Shown here piece after piece: positions 27,980 through 41,730 of a stretch of 64,000 nucleotides of DNA. Source of the DNA: the human T2T-CHM13v2.0 reference genome, Homo sapiens; assembly GCF_009914755.1 (NCBI RefSeq), contig NC_060930.1; one strand, written 5' to 3'. How positions within the stretch are numbered: position 1 is the stretch's first letter; every line of letters starts with the position of its first letter. A model generated the notes under the pieces. It ran no database searches and had not been told where the DNA came from. It saw only the letters and a list, made by a program, of their open reading frames with translations. A program made the translations under genes and the position numbers.

Positions 27980-28047
<68 letters not shown>
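27980..28047 (+). repeat. Compound tetranucleotide STR (TCTG)6(TCTA)11
   Basis: Counted directly. Confidence 0.95.
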
Positions 28048-28158
28048 ACTGGGGACTTTATAGAGAGACAGGATGCTTCAAAACAAAATCAGGCTCTGTG
28101 GTAAGAATTTAGCTACATATATTTTAAAAATTGTAACCTTAAAACAATTACAACTTAA

Positions 28159-28248
28159 CCCATTTCCCGTTTGCCCTAAAAGTACTGTGCTGGCAGCCAG
28201 CTGCACTTTTTTTTTTTTTTTTTTTTTTTTACCTATACAGGAAATGGG
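28159..28248 (+). mobile_element. piggyBac-family MITE, MER75A-like
   Basis: TTAA|CCCATTTCCCGTTTGCCC...GCTGGCAGCCAGCTGCAC(T)24...ACAGGAAATGGG|TTAA: TTAA TSD and 12-bp TIRs with one mismatch. Confidence 0.88.
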
Positions 28249-28899
28249 TTAAAAGGAGCTTTCTCTTCAAATGGCTGTCAAATCTCAGCATTTGTTTTTC
28301 TTACTCCATGAGACTCCCATAAAATACTCATAAAAGTGATGAGAAAAGGTGAACTATGAGTAGATGAGATGTTTATAGCAGATGGAAAGGCGAATATAGC
28401 GTGCTTTTCCACATAAGAGCTTGTCAGGTAGGCATGAGGGTGTGGTGGTGGAGTAGAGAGCTATTTGCCATAAAGCATCTTGTGAAGACTTCAGGCTCAG
28501 AGACATCAGATTCAATGGAGCTGAAGTGAGAGGGAGCACTTCAAGTTGGCATGTTCATTCAGTATTTGTTGACACACACTTTTACATCACTCTTCTTACC
28601 ATTCCCCCTTCCTCTTTATTGCCTTGCACACACTAAAGGCCCAAGATTTAAATCCTAGGTAAATATCAAGAAGCAATTCAGCACACTGCTTGAGCAAAAA
28701 TCAGATACTAGGAGTAGGTGCCTCCCCACTGTGGAACCCCCATCCATACCATCCTAAAGTTGAGCTTCACACCTCATTCATCCTAAAGTGAAAGCTATCC
28801 ATTCACATACTCTATTCACAAATGTCAGAGATACACTTAGTATCTACCAGAGCAGCCTATCTAAAATGATCTACGTGGAAACACTCACCAGCCACACAG

Positions 28900-30620
28900 G
28901 AAAATCCACTGATTGGTTGCTCATTTTAAATGTGAATGAACAACAAAACCCAAAAGATAGGAAGAACCACGATAAACCAAGACACATTGACCCTGGAAAT
29001 AAGAGATCATTCAAGAGCAGAAGAATGCTTAAAAAACAAACAGAACAAAATGCCACACATGTTGCTCAAGTTTAGTATAATACTTCCTGAAATGTCTAAC
29101 CCACAGGGAAATTTGTTCACCCAAACACACAAATATTCTGTGTAAAATACTTTTTTAAGTATTAAAGTTATTAACAGAACTCAAGATAAAGAGAAAGCTC
29201 TGGGTACCAAAATTTATAGCATTGAAGTGCTTCGACAAAGGTGACTGGACAAAATACAAGATTATATGACCAAACTCAGTATCACACACTTGCCTACAGG
29301 TATGGTATCTGGGCAATTCTCCAAGCCAGGAAATAAAATAACCTGATCTTAGGCATTAAAACAAAAGCTGAAGTAAAAATGATGAATTTTGAAACTACAA
29401 AGAGGCAACCATTAAACTTACCTATGAGGAAGCCCATACAGCCATGGGGATGCCCAAAGATGAGTACAAAGATTATAATTGTGAAACATAAGAGGAACTC
29501 CAACACCATTAAAGATGCCAAGGAAAAGGGGAAAAATGTATAAGCTTTTGGAGGTTAAAAAATAAACCAGGTCATATACAAAAAAGAGTTAACTGCCTTT
29601 ATAGTTCTCATCAGCAATGATGAACTACAGACTGAACATAAACTACAGTTGATGAATGCCTTCAAAATTTTGAGATTTCTCTAAAAACAAAATAGAACAA
29701 CCATATAATCCAGTAGTCCCACTACTGGTATTTATCCAAAGGAAAGGAAATCAGAATATCAAAGGGATACCTGCGCTCACATGTTTATTGAAGCACTATT
29801 CACAATAGCAAAGATACTGAATCAAACTAAGTGGCCATCGGTGCATGAATGGGTAAAGAAAATGTGCATATACGCAATTAAATACGATTCGCCCATATGA
29901 AAGAATGAAATCCTCTTATTTGCAGTAACATGGATGGAACTGGAGGTTATTATGAAATAATAATCATCATCATCATCTGCAGTAACATGGATGGAACTGG
30001 AGGTTAAGTGAAATAAGTCAGGCAAAGAAAGCAAACATCATATACTCTCACTCATATGTGGGAGCTAATAGAATTGATTTCATGGAGGTAGACAGTAGAG
30101 TGATAATTACCAGACATGGGGAAGGGTGTGTTGAGGGGAGAGGGATGGAAAAGAGAGGCTGCTCAATGGGTACAAACTTACAGTTAGATAGAAGGAATAA
30201 GATCTAATGTTTGATAGTAGAGTAAGTATACTATAGTTAACAACAATATATTTCATATTTCAGAATAGCTAGAAGAGAGGACTTAAAATGTTCCCAACAT
30301 ATAGAAACAATAAATACGTGAGATAATGGATATCTTAAATACCCTGACTTGGTCATTACATATGCTATGCGTGTAACAAAATAGTACATGTACCTCATAA
30401 TTATGTATAAATATTATGTGTTAATAAAAATATACAGAATCAATTATGAGCAAAGTAATTTTGAAACCGCAATTCTGTATTCATCTAAACTATCAACTTC
30501 AAAGTTCTCAGAAAACCTGCATTTTATTCTCGTTCTGAGAATGTTATTTAAGGATATATGCACCCAAGAAAACTGAATAATAATCATGTAGTCAAGACAA
30601 ATAATAAACAAGAAATAGTA
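28900..30620 (+). mobile_element. Old HAL1/L1 ORF1-like element split by a younger L1 3' fragment
   Basis: TTCTCATCAGCAATG...GAATGCCTTCAAAATTTTGAG (about 29605-29675) resumes as GCAATTCTGTATTCATCTAAACTATCAA (about 30470-30497). Boundaries uncertain. Confidence 0.45.
29676..30432 (+). mobile_element. L1MA-type 3' end (ORF2 tail and 3'UTR)
   Basis: ATGTTTATTGAAGCACTATTCACAATAGCAAAGATA, CATGGATGGAACTGGAGG, CTCACTCATATGTGGGAGCTAA and terminal AATAAAAA. Confidence 0.88.
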
Positions 30621-32481
30621 GAACTAACCCAGAAATTCAATGCAAGGAAGTCCCTGAATGACATGTGCAAAAAGAAGTTTGTTCAGATTAAAACTGGAGG
30701 TCATTTCCAGGAGGCTCCAATAAGAAAGTCTGTATTAAGAAGAAGGTCATGGATTCCAAGAAATATCCAATGACTAATGAATGAGTTACATGACATCATA
30801 GACTTGTTAAAGAAAGGCTGTGTCTTCTTTCAACAATAAAAAGGGGCAATTAAAAATTGATAAAAAATAAACTTAAAAAAATCCTTGTCCAAATGTGAAG
30901 CAAGAAAAAATATGATGTAATTTAAGTAACTGATACAGCCAATTGGGCCATAAACTTAACTACATTTTTCTCTGAGTGCCTGACAGTGCATCTATAGAAA
31001 AGGAAATTTAACCCTTGCACATTATTGCCATTTTCTTGGTTCTAGGGTATTTAGATGTAATGATATTGTAAAAGTTGCTTATTGGTTTTCAATTTTTAGA
31101 ATAAACCCTTTTTTTCATTTAATACTTAAAAATGTCAACACAATTGAATATGAATACTGTGTCTGCATCAAAATAAAGGTAAAACTGACAGATATGGGAG
31201 TTGAAATGCTCTGGAGAGGGCAGAGGTGGAGGGATAGGCAGGAATATGAATAGTCTTATGTAAAATATTGAAGAGTTAAAAGATTGTGTTCAGATTTTAG
31301 GACAAGAAATAGAGGATTAAGTATGTTTAAATATAGAATTGTAGAAAGATAAAACTATTGGCTTCTGAAACCAAAATGATGTAAATAAAGTGAGCATCTT
31401 GTCTTTAATCAGTTTTAACAATAGGTAATATTTTAAAATTAGAAACCAGTAGATAATATTACAAATAAAGCAGTCAACATATAGAGACAAATTATTTTAA
31501 AATTAGGATGTTTTCCATTAGAACGACTAAGAAAATATCTAAAAATAAGGTTGGGAAGTAGAATTGATACTGTGGGAAGAAGGGATATGAGGAGAAATCA
31601 ATTACTATAGTTATGCATGGGAAGCTCTTATTTATTTTAATTTTTATCATATGCATGCATTAATTTGATATCCTTTAAAATAAGAAAATAAAAAATTCTA
31701 TCTAATATTTCTTTTATTAAATTGCAAGTAACCAATTTTGGTGTCTTCTGGGGCCTTCCATAATTGGTATTTTAGCAATCAGAACATCAAAGAGCAGTGG
31801 GTTCACATGGAACTGTAAAAGCCTTGAGTTCTCTTTTTATACTAGTTTCTCTTTCCTTTCTCTTCATATATTAATTTTTCATTGAGCTTCCACTATATGA
31901 CAGGCACTTACCAGGTTTGGGGAGTATATTGCTTAGAGCATAGTCCCTGACCTCAGTGGCCCTCTCAAAAGAGTCCACCTGATTTCTTTTGTGCTTTTCC
32001 CTTTTATCTACATCTGCCCTGGGCCCTTTCCCACACAAGGTGAGGAACACACTTTCAGAGACCTCTACCTCCACTTCTTAACCTTCAATGAAAGGCTTTC
32101 TGTAGTTTCTTCTTTAATTACTCCAAAAGAGGAAAGAAATTGCCATAGGGAAACATTTGGACAATTGGACAGGTTGACATTTAGCACTAATGCTCAACAG
32201 TTTTACCTGGCCTGACTTTTTCTGGTCTTATGAAGGATAGAGATGAGAATAGGCATAAAACAGAAGAGAGACTACTGTCTGCCATTGATGAGGGAAGGAT
32301 AAACAATTCTCCCTCTTAACTACCGAAAAGGAGACATATGACTTGGGGCATTAGATGCTTCAGTTTAATGCCTTAGAGAAAGTCTGAGAACTAATTTCTT
32401 CTTACTGTGGATATGGAGTGGACATTAGCCGTTTTAATCATCTGTGCAATTTAAATCTTGAGAAGAGATTGAAAGGACACA

Positions 32482-32483
<2 letters not shown>

Positions 32484-32529
<46 letters not shown>
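32484..32529 (+). repeat. (TG)23 microsatellite
   Basis: Seen directly. Confidence 0.95.
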
Positions 32530-32530
<1 letters not shown>

Positions 32531-33825
32531 TCTGAGCTAACATGCCAATTTCTTATTTCTAAGAATATGCATTAAGAAAAATTTGGAAATCATGGTGAGA
32601 GGCTGGATTTTCAGTTTCAATTTCTGCCTAATATATAAACGACCAAAAAAAGTCTCCTTGATTCTAAAACAGGAGTTATGACGAAACATAAGTTCTATAA
32701 AAAGGAAAGAAATTAAGTTGGTAAATCTAACATGATTATACCCAATAATATTTCTTCCAAATTAGTCCATGGCTAGAAATATTAGTCATTTAGTTGCATT
32801 TGAAAGAAATTTCTATTCTTGAATCAGGAGAAACTAAATTAACATCAGGGCTACATTTTCAAAAATAATCATACAAATTTTATGTGTAATATATGCTTAC
32901 AACTTTAATATAGAACTTTTAAAAAGATGTGTAACTAAAGGTCATTTTAAGGGGAAACATTTACGCTTCAAAGTTCATTTAGAAAAAGATTTGATATTGA
33001 AGATTTCAGTATCACCTGTTTTATCTCAGTAAGTTGTTCTTTGGTATCCTTTTAAAATGCAGAATCATACTGCAGTGTTTTTGACCCATTTTATCCAGTG
33101 AATGAAAAGGTTGTCCTTATTTTGGTTCAATTTAACAGAATAACAGAAATCTCAGACCTGGAAGAGGGTTCAGAAGCAAACAAAAATCTCTCCTTTCACA
33201 CACTGTTGATCAGAGAAGGAAACATGGGTATTGAGATCTGCCGAATTTCTTGCCTTTGAAACCCTTTATTATATGCAGATGGAAGAGCTTGAAACTCATC
33301 TTGTACCCTCTGAGGACAAGCATTTACTCAGTCCTTCTACTTATTCTGTCTGCAGTCTGGGCTCAACCCTAACAATCTAAATTTTAACATATTCCTGAGT
33401 CCACATTCCAGAGTTGTGCCTTGTTTTGGTTATTAGATCCATTTCCCTAGATCTTGTGACCAAATCTGATTCTGTTGCCCAAGTCTTCAGAACTGAAGCT
33501 TTTGCTTGCCGTCACCAGTCCCTGTCCAGGAGTTAGATAGAAGCTGGATCCCTAGATACTGACTGATGTCAACTACTGTATTGGAAATCCAGATACTACC
33601 TTCCGTATCATACTTATTCATACCTCGTGGGGCATTTCTGATTCTTACTGCTATTCTAGGTTTATTGTATTTAGCCATCTTCTTTGTATGTCTTGTTTTA
33701 ACTACTGAGCTAAACTTGTGCAATTGTGTCTTTTTTAAAAGCACATGTTTCATCCCAAAGGGCAGATCTAATTTTAATTCCAGTAAACCCTTCTGAGGCT
33801 GCTGTGTACCACATGAGATAATAAT

Positions 33826-34240
33826 TGTATTAGTTTCCAAGGGTTACCATAACAGGATACTGCAGACTGGGTGTCCTAAACAACAGGAATTTATTTTCTC
33901 ATAGTTCTGGAGGCTGGAAGTCTGAGATCAGGGTGTTGGCAGGGTTGGTTCCTTTGGAGGAACCTGGGGAAGGATCTGTTCCAGGCCTTTCTCCCTGGTT
34001 TATGGATGACTGACTTTTCCCTGTATCTTCTCATGATCTTCTCTCTCTGCATGTTGTGTCCAAATTTCCTCTTCTTGTAAGGATACCAGTCATACTGGAT
34101 TAGGAACCTCCCTAATGGCCTCATTTTGGTTTAATTGCATCTTTAAAGACTCTGTCTCCAAATATAGTTACAGTCGGAGGTAATAGGGGTTAGGACATCA
34201 ACAGATGAGTTTGGAGGGGGACATAATTCAACTCAATGAT
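33826..34240 (-). mobile_element. MLT1-family (MaLR) solo LTR
   Basis: TGTATTAGTTTCC...CTCATAGTTCTGGAGGCTGGAAGTCTGAGATCAGGGTG...GTAAGGATACCAGTCATACTGGATTAGG...GGGGGACATAATTCAAC. Confidence 0.85.
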
Positions 34241-34543
34241 AATATTCATAGGAGGAAAGAGACCAAGTCCTGTAGATGTTTGTGTACGTACATGATAAAT
34301 ACTGATTTTGGCATTTGTCTCCATGGTTGTCTATGAAAAACATGATCATGAAGAACCTTATTGAGCAGTTGCTTTATGAAGAGGGTTTAATATCCCAGAT
34401 CATGAGGACATAAATAAGTTTTAGGCATAGCCAGAGACTGATAACCCAGGACATGTTACTTAACCCCTAAGTCTCAAGTTCAATCGTTTTAGAACCTGGA
34501 AATAATAATTGCACATACCGCATGGAGTAGTTGTAAAGATTAA

Positions 34544-34916
<373 letters not shown>

Positions 34917-37900
34917 CCATAAATATTATTTCTATGGCACCAAATAGGATGCATAGATAATATATTTTACAGTAGTGAGGAAGGAAGCTTGAATGCCGAC
35001 GTTTAATATTAGAGCTGGGGTAGATTTTGGGCAGAAAGAACCAATGTGTCATTCTAGTGAGGGAGACTGGCATGAAGAAGGAAAGACAAGCATACACACT
35101 GTTCTAGGAAGAATAAGCTTATAGACCTGTAGAGAGAAAAGAGCCCAGAGGTTACAGGTTGAGGGAACAGGTTATCCTAGTTCTGTCAAGAACTGGGTTA
35201 CCTTGGGTAACAGAAGGAGAGGGTTGGATTAGATCAGTGATCCTAAAATTTTTATGTACTTTTAAAATTATCTGAGGAGCATTTAAAAATATGTGCTGGA
35301 GTAGCACCAAAAACTAATCTGGTTTAGTCAATGTGGAGCAGTGCCCCAAATTTATTTTAATGTGTAGTTGAATAAGTTCAGTGCACGTTGCAATCACTTG
35401 AGGGAGGAGATTTTTGAAAAACCTGCTAGTATTCAGGTCCCAAGCCCAGAGATTTTGATTTTAGTGTTATGGGTTGGGGCCTGAGTATTGTTATTGGCAA
35501 ATCTCAAACCTGACCCTTCATAAATTATGAAGTGCTAGTCCTCCCATGAGAATTTTTTTTTGGTATCATAAGATGAGCTTCCAATAAAAAGTTGAATATT
35601 AATTTGAAGACACATTTGACTGGGAAAGTATCCAAAATGATTTAACTTATGTTTGGGGAATAAAATACAGAGTTATATGAATCCAGGTATGTTTTGGAAC
35701 TTCTTAACCTTCACTTTCTGACTGACTAGCAGGTGTGAATTCTGCCTGGGATAGCTCTGTAGTGCTTGGGAGCACATAAATGAGGGAGGGATTAAGGAAC
35801 AGAAGAGTGACTTTGCATATATTTGGAACAGAAACTGAAAGTCCTGTCTACTTTGAGATAATAAATGGGAAAGTATTGCTCAGAGTCTTGAGGATCATAC
35901 AAAGGTAGTAATTGTAACTGTCCTAACACTTTGTCATTCCAGTCGGTGCGGTGGTGAAACTCCTGTAGATTAGGTTATCATTATATACAGAATGAAATCC
36001 AAAAAACTTCAGCCATGCCCTTCAATCTTCACAGTGTCTTGTGTCTTGACACAATCACCTCTAGAACTCTGTTCTTCCTGACTGATTAGCATTTATTTCC
36101 TGTATTTCACACTTACCATACACTTTTCCATCTCCATTATTTGGCAGTGTTCTGCCTTTTTAAAATGTCCTCTATCTCTAGCTGTGATTTAAAACTAAAA
36201 TCAAATTTCGCCTTCTCCTCAATCGTTCTCTTTGAATACCCAATTTTATTCTTAATGTTTGCATGTGCTTTCCTAAGGGAAATTAATTATAAGCATAAAC
36301 GGAGAAATCATCTTTCTACATTTATATATTGTTTTATGGTTACTAAAGTGATAGTTTATAGTTACATACATGGAATTATAGTTGTTGGATTAAGTTGTAC
36401 ATTGTTGAATGTTTCTTTTTTAATTTATAGAAGTAATTAGAAAGTAAGAAACTAATAAATTTTATAATTTCATAGGGAGAAAAGATGTATATAAAAGTAC
36501 TGCTGAGGATGATTGGGTTTGAAAAAGGGTAACTTTTCTTGTCTTCTAATTCTTGGCATATCTGTTAAGTTTATTGATTTAATGGCCATGCATTTGGGAA
36601 AAATTACTTAGGTCAATAAGTACCTTTTCATTGGATGACAAGACATTATTTACTTTGTTTCTTGTGTAATTACAGAAACTTCTCCTAATTACAGAGAAGT
36701 AATTACTTCTGTGTTCTCAGGATTCTGTTTCTTTAATTATTTTAGTAATTTGGACATTAATTTTTGAACTACAAAGAGGTAACTGTAATATTCCTACCAT
36801 TAGACATTAATTTAGTGTGTATTCTAATGACAGAGAAAAAAAATTATGCATGGAAAAAACTACCTGAGTTATTAAGAGAGAATTGCCATTAGATTTAAGA
36901 AAGAAATAAAGCAACATCAATAACATCAATAATAATAGTGAAACACAAAACAGGTTAGGAAGCTCAGACTGACAGCTAAGTGATCAGAAGGGAAATTTTA
37001 ATTGGCATAATCCCCAGAAAGAATAAGAGCTCTAAATTAGGTGTAGGGGCTGCCAAGACAGCTCTTTCTTTGGGAAACCATGAGTTAGGTTAGAAATTAG
37101 GGACTTTGGGGAAACTGAGTTGAATTGAGCATGAGATTGTATATTTCACAATTAATGGGGGAACTAGAATAGTGATTAGAGTGGTTCAAACTCAACCAAG
37201 CCTGGTGTTTGGAACTGAAATCATGTAAGAACTTTTCTGTAACCCAAATAATGAGTCAACTTGTCAAATTTATTTAATAGCTGCAATCATTACCTCTAAC
37301 TGACTTATTTATAAATTTAGTTTATAAAATGTGATTGCATCACAAAGAGTATCTTGGCATAATAAATACTTTATGATAGATATGGACAAGTATTTTTTAT
37401 GTTAACAAACTCTATAATATAAACACTGGAAGTCAGCTTAGTTTCCAACAATAAGATACTGGTTAAAAAGCACTGATTATAGGAATATTGTGTAGCCATG
37501 AAAATCTTGTTATATATTGTTATATTTAATGACATAAAAATATATTTGTGATACTTGAGGGAAAGGGATTGCTAATTATATCTATACTATATGGTATGTT
37601 TTTGAAAAAATGATTACATATGTGCACAGAGAACTAACAGGATATATACCAAAATGAATATACTTATATTTTTTTCTGTTGTCTCTTTCTGTGTGTGTTT
37701 TTAAACCCCTACCATAGTTATATTCTCTTGTATTTGTATTTGCTCAGGTTTTCTATTTACCATTCATTCCTTGGCTTTGCTTTTTTACCTTTCATGCATT
37801 CTTAAAGACCGATCAAGTTGTTTTCTGTGTCTCTTCATTTCTTTTAGAGCTTAAGGCATTATGCATTTCATTTCTATCATTTAATGCAAACCTTCACTTT

Positions 37901-40900
37901 TCAATGAAGTACTTAATTTTAGAACTTTTTAGTAAAATCTAAAATTAAATCATATGTCTATGAAAGAAGACTTTAGCATGCTTTCACTTTTCTCAAAAAT
38001 TTACTGTCTTTATTCTATCTTCTATGATATGATTTGGAATTTAAGTTCAACTTGTGTTTCAATATTCACATAAATAGATATCAGTGTTATTATTATAGTT
38101 AATACTTAATTGCCAACATGTTTAAATGATTTCATTTTTCTTGGTTACTTCTCATTTTCCCTTTCTGCTTTATTTTTCTTCTTGTCAGGGCATGTCCTTT
38201 GTTAATTTTTTCAGTGAGCGTCTGGGGGTAGTAAGAAGCCATTAGTTTGTTATCATTTCTTGAATGATATTCTAGTTGCGTATATAGCATAGACTTTTTT
38301 CTTCCATAGTTTCCAGTACCTTGATCCCAAGTCACAGGTATAGCACATTGCAAGTGGCAACCCTGGGAGAGATTGACTGGGGTTACTTTTAGCCTAATTA
38401 ATGGGAGGAGCTTTAGGCCTGGACTGACTTCTCTACTGGCAGGACAGGACATTGCAGCGACAGTAGCCTCTACCCATCTGCACTACCTTTCAGTGGGCTG
38501 GGTGGCTTCAGCCACTTTCACCACTTTGCATTTTAAAGATTCCAGTTCTGCATTTATCTTATTTACGTTTTGTAGTATGACTATTTATTTTTTGAAATAA
38601 ATATTGTTTTAGAGGTAGAAGACTATGTGTATTTATATCTTGACACAAAGTTCATAAATATTTTTAAGAAAAATTTTTGAAAATTATTTGAGAGAGGAAT
38701 AAACAAGCAAGAAGTAGTCTGGTCCTATAGGCAAGGTATAACCCAGAGAAAGTACTGGCCTTTATGTTATTTGGTTAGAAATTCAGCTGAGATAGAATTT
38801 AGGGAGCCTTCTATTCTGGAAAACCACTGGTTTTGATTTGTTTTGTTTAATTCCTAATAGATTTTCAAAATACTTCTCACATAGAGAGGACAACAGGTGG
38901 ATACATATAAATAGAAAAGTAGAATGATGTGTAGAAATAATAGAGTGAGACATACGCTCCTGTGTAGCATTTAATTACTTAGCTTGTACATCATGTAAAT
39001 GATCTTGACTCTACTTGACTATGTGCTTTCTTTAATAACTTGGTATTTTAAGTCTTATCATATTTTGCCTAACATTTCTACTTAGCTTCTTTAATTTGTT
39101 GATTTTTTTTGTGGAGAAATAGCTGATGTCCATGACTATACCTAGGAAGCAACTAGGTGTGTGGGCAATAGGATGATAAAGAAGGCACTATTACTTCAGA
39201 TAGCATTACTTGAACTGTAGTTCTGTGAGGACAAATAAATATATCCATTTAATGGCGTTTGAACTGACAAATCAGATTTAAAACTGTCAACATATCAAAG
39301 GGAAGAAACTAACTAGGACACCACTTGAAATTACTTCCAGTTTACACTAACATTGCTGCCAAGGCTGAGGAAATTAAACGTAGGCAAAACAAACAAACAA
39401 ACAAACAAACAAATTCTCCCCAAACCCCCCAAATTCCACTGAGAAAAACCTATAAATGATTCATAAAGATAACATTTTTTAAGGCATAGTGGAGTTTGTG
39501 TGAAAGAGGAATCTCTAATCTCCAAGTGCCAGAAATGAAATGAGAAAATTAGATCTGTAAGTATGTGAGGTGATACTTCAGCAATATGCCTGGATAAATC
39601 AAGACTTATAATGGTTGGGGGCTTGCATTTTTAAACCACACAGGGCCATGAGAATGTTTCCCTCCTAAGAAGCGGAAATGGCAATTTTTTAACCTCTTTT
39701 TTAACCTTGCATCTTTATACAAGACCAGGACACTCAGAGTGCTTTCTCCGTAATGAAAGAAGGATGAATATAAAACTTGACACAGCTTAGGTAAATGAGT
39801 AATCTTATTTCTGTCTGAACCGTGGGTGAAAACAAAAACAAGCAACAAGTCTGTTGTAATAAATTGAAGTCTCATTCTGCTCATCTGTTCATTAAGTGGA
39901 TTTTATAGACTGAATTTATATTGCCTACATTGTAATGTAGTCCCGCATCAAGAAAATAACATTAAATTTGGTCCTTGGTCAGTGATACCTCATTCTATAA
40001 TACCTTTCCCATCCAGTTTTAAGCTCAAAACTTTTTCCATTCCCGTAAGATCAATTATTAAAGTTACAAAGAACAGGCAAATGCTAAGAAATGGAGCTCA
40101 GAGAGCTAAAATGTTGGCTTTGTAAATTGGAATCCTTTTTCTTCTGACATGTTTTTTGTCTTTTACAGAGAAATACAGTAATGACTAAAACATTTGTGCC
40201 AAGCTTGAGGCTGAAATTGTCAACTTCTGATTATCCTTTAAATATCTAATCACCATGAAAAGCACTCAAAAGGTCTCCTGTAGGTAATGTGTAAGATCAG
40301 TCAGAAGTTAAAAATTGGAGGAGAGACATTCCATGGTAGTAGGTGAATCAGGTTTATTAATTAGGCACACTACAAACTTACCTTTTATATCTTTCTTGAT
40401 GTTCCTTTCCTACCCAAACGTCTTCTCTCCAAATATCTTAAAAATATTATCTCTGAAAAATTCCCTACTCAACCCTGGCTCACATCCTGGCACTGTCTGA
40501 CATTTTGACATGTTTGCTATTCTGATCCCCTTTATTCCATATCCAGTAATTGCCTCAATTACTCCATATGGTTGGGTCAGGGTCTGGAAGCTTTAGGGCT
40601 CTGTAGCTTAGAAGACATCACAAATCAAAGCAAATGATACAGACCAGTTCTCATTGAAGATCTCTTTTAAACATGCTTTTCCTTTAACACACTGTAAAAC
40701 AAAGAATAGAATTCATTGGATACTCATATTCATTTATATTATAAATGGCATCATTACTACACTTTGAAAACAATAATTTACATACCTGTAACTTAATTTG
40801 AATTTGAATTTCAGAGCAATTTGGGATCCAGAGCCCCCTTGATAGATAGCGTCAAATACTTTGAATCTTTTTTAACCTTTTAAATTTTTCCAGTTAGGCA

Positions 40901-41251
40901 TTTTATAACCGGAGTTGCTTCTAATGTCCAAATCACCCTTGTGGGAAGCCTGTAAATAGTGATATAAGAGGCATTGAAGCCTTATAACTCAGGAAATTGT
41001 AATTATGAAAGAGGTTCTCAATCCTGGAAGAAATTGAACTAAATATATTAATTTCCCACATCCTAACATTTTGAGAATTCTTATGTCTTCGAAACTAATT
41101 TTGCCTTCTATCTTGTTATTGTTACTCCACAAATTGTGTCTTGAATATTGATTTATTCTGTTTTTAGCTGTATGCAATCGGAATTTACTGGGCTATGTCA
41201 GTTGGACTTTGTCTTGAAATATTTTAAGTTTCAGCAAAAGAAATAAACACA

Positions 41252-41730
<479 letters not shown>

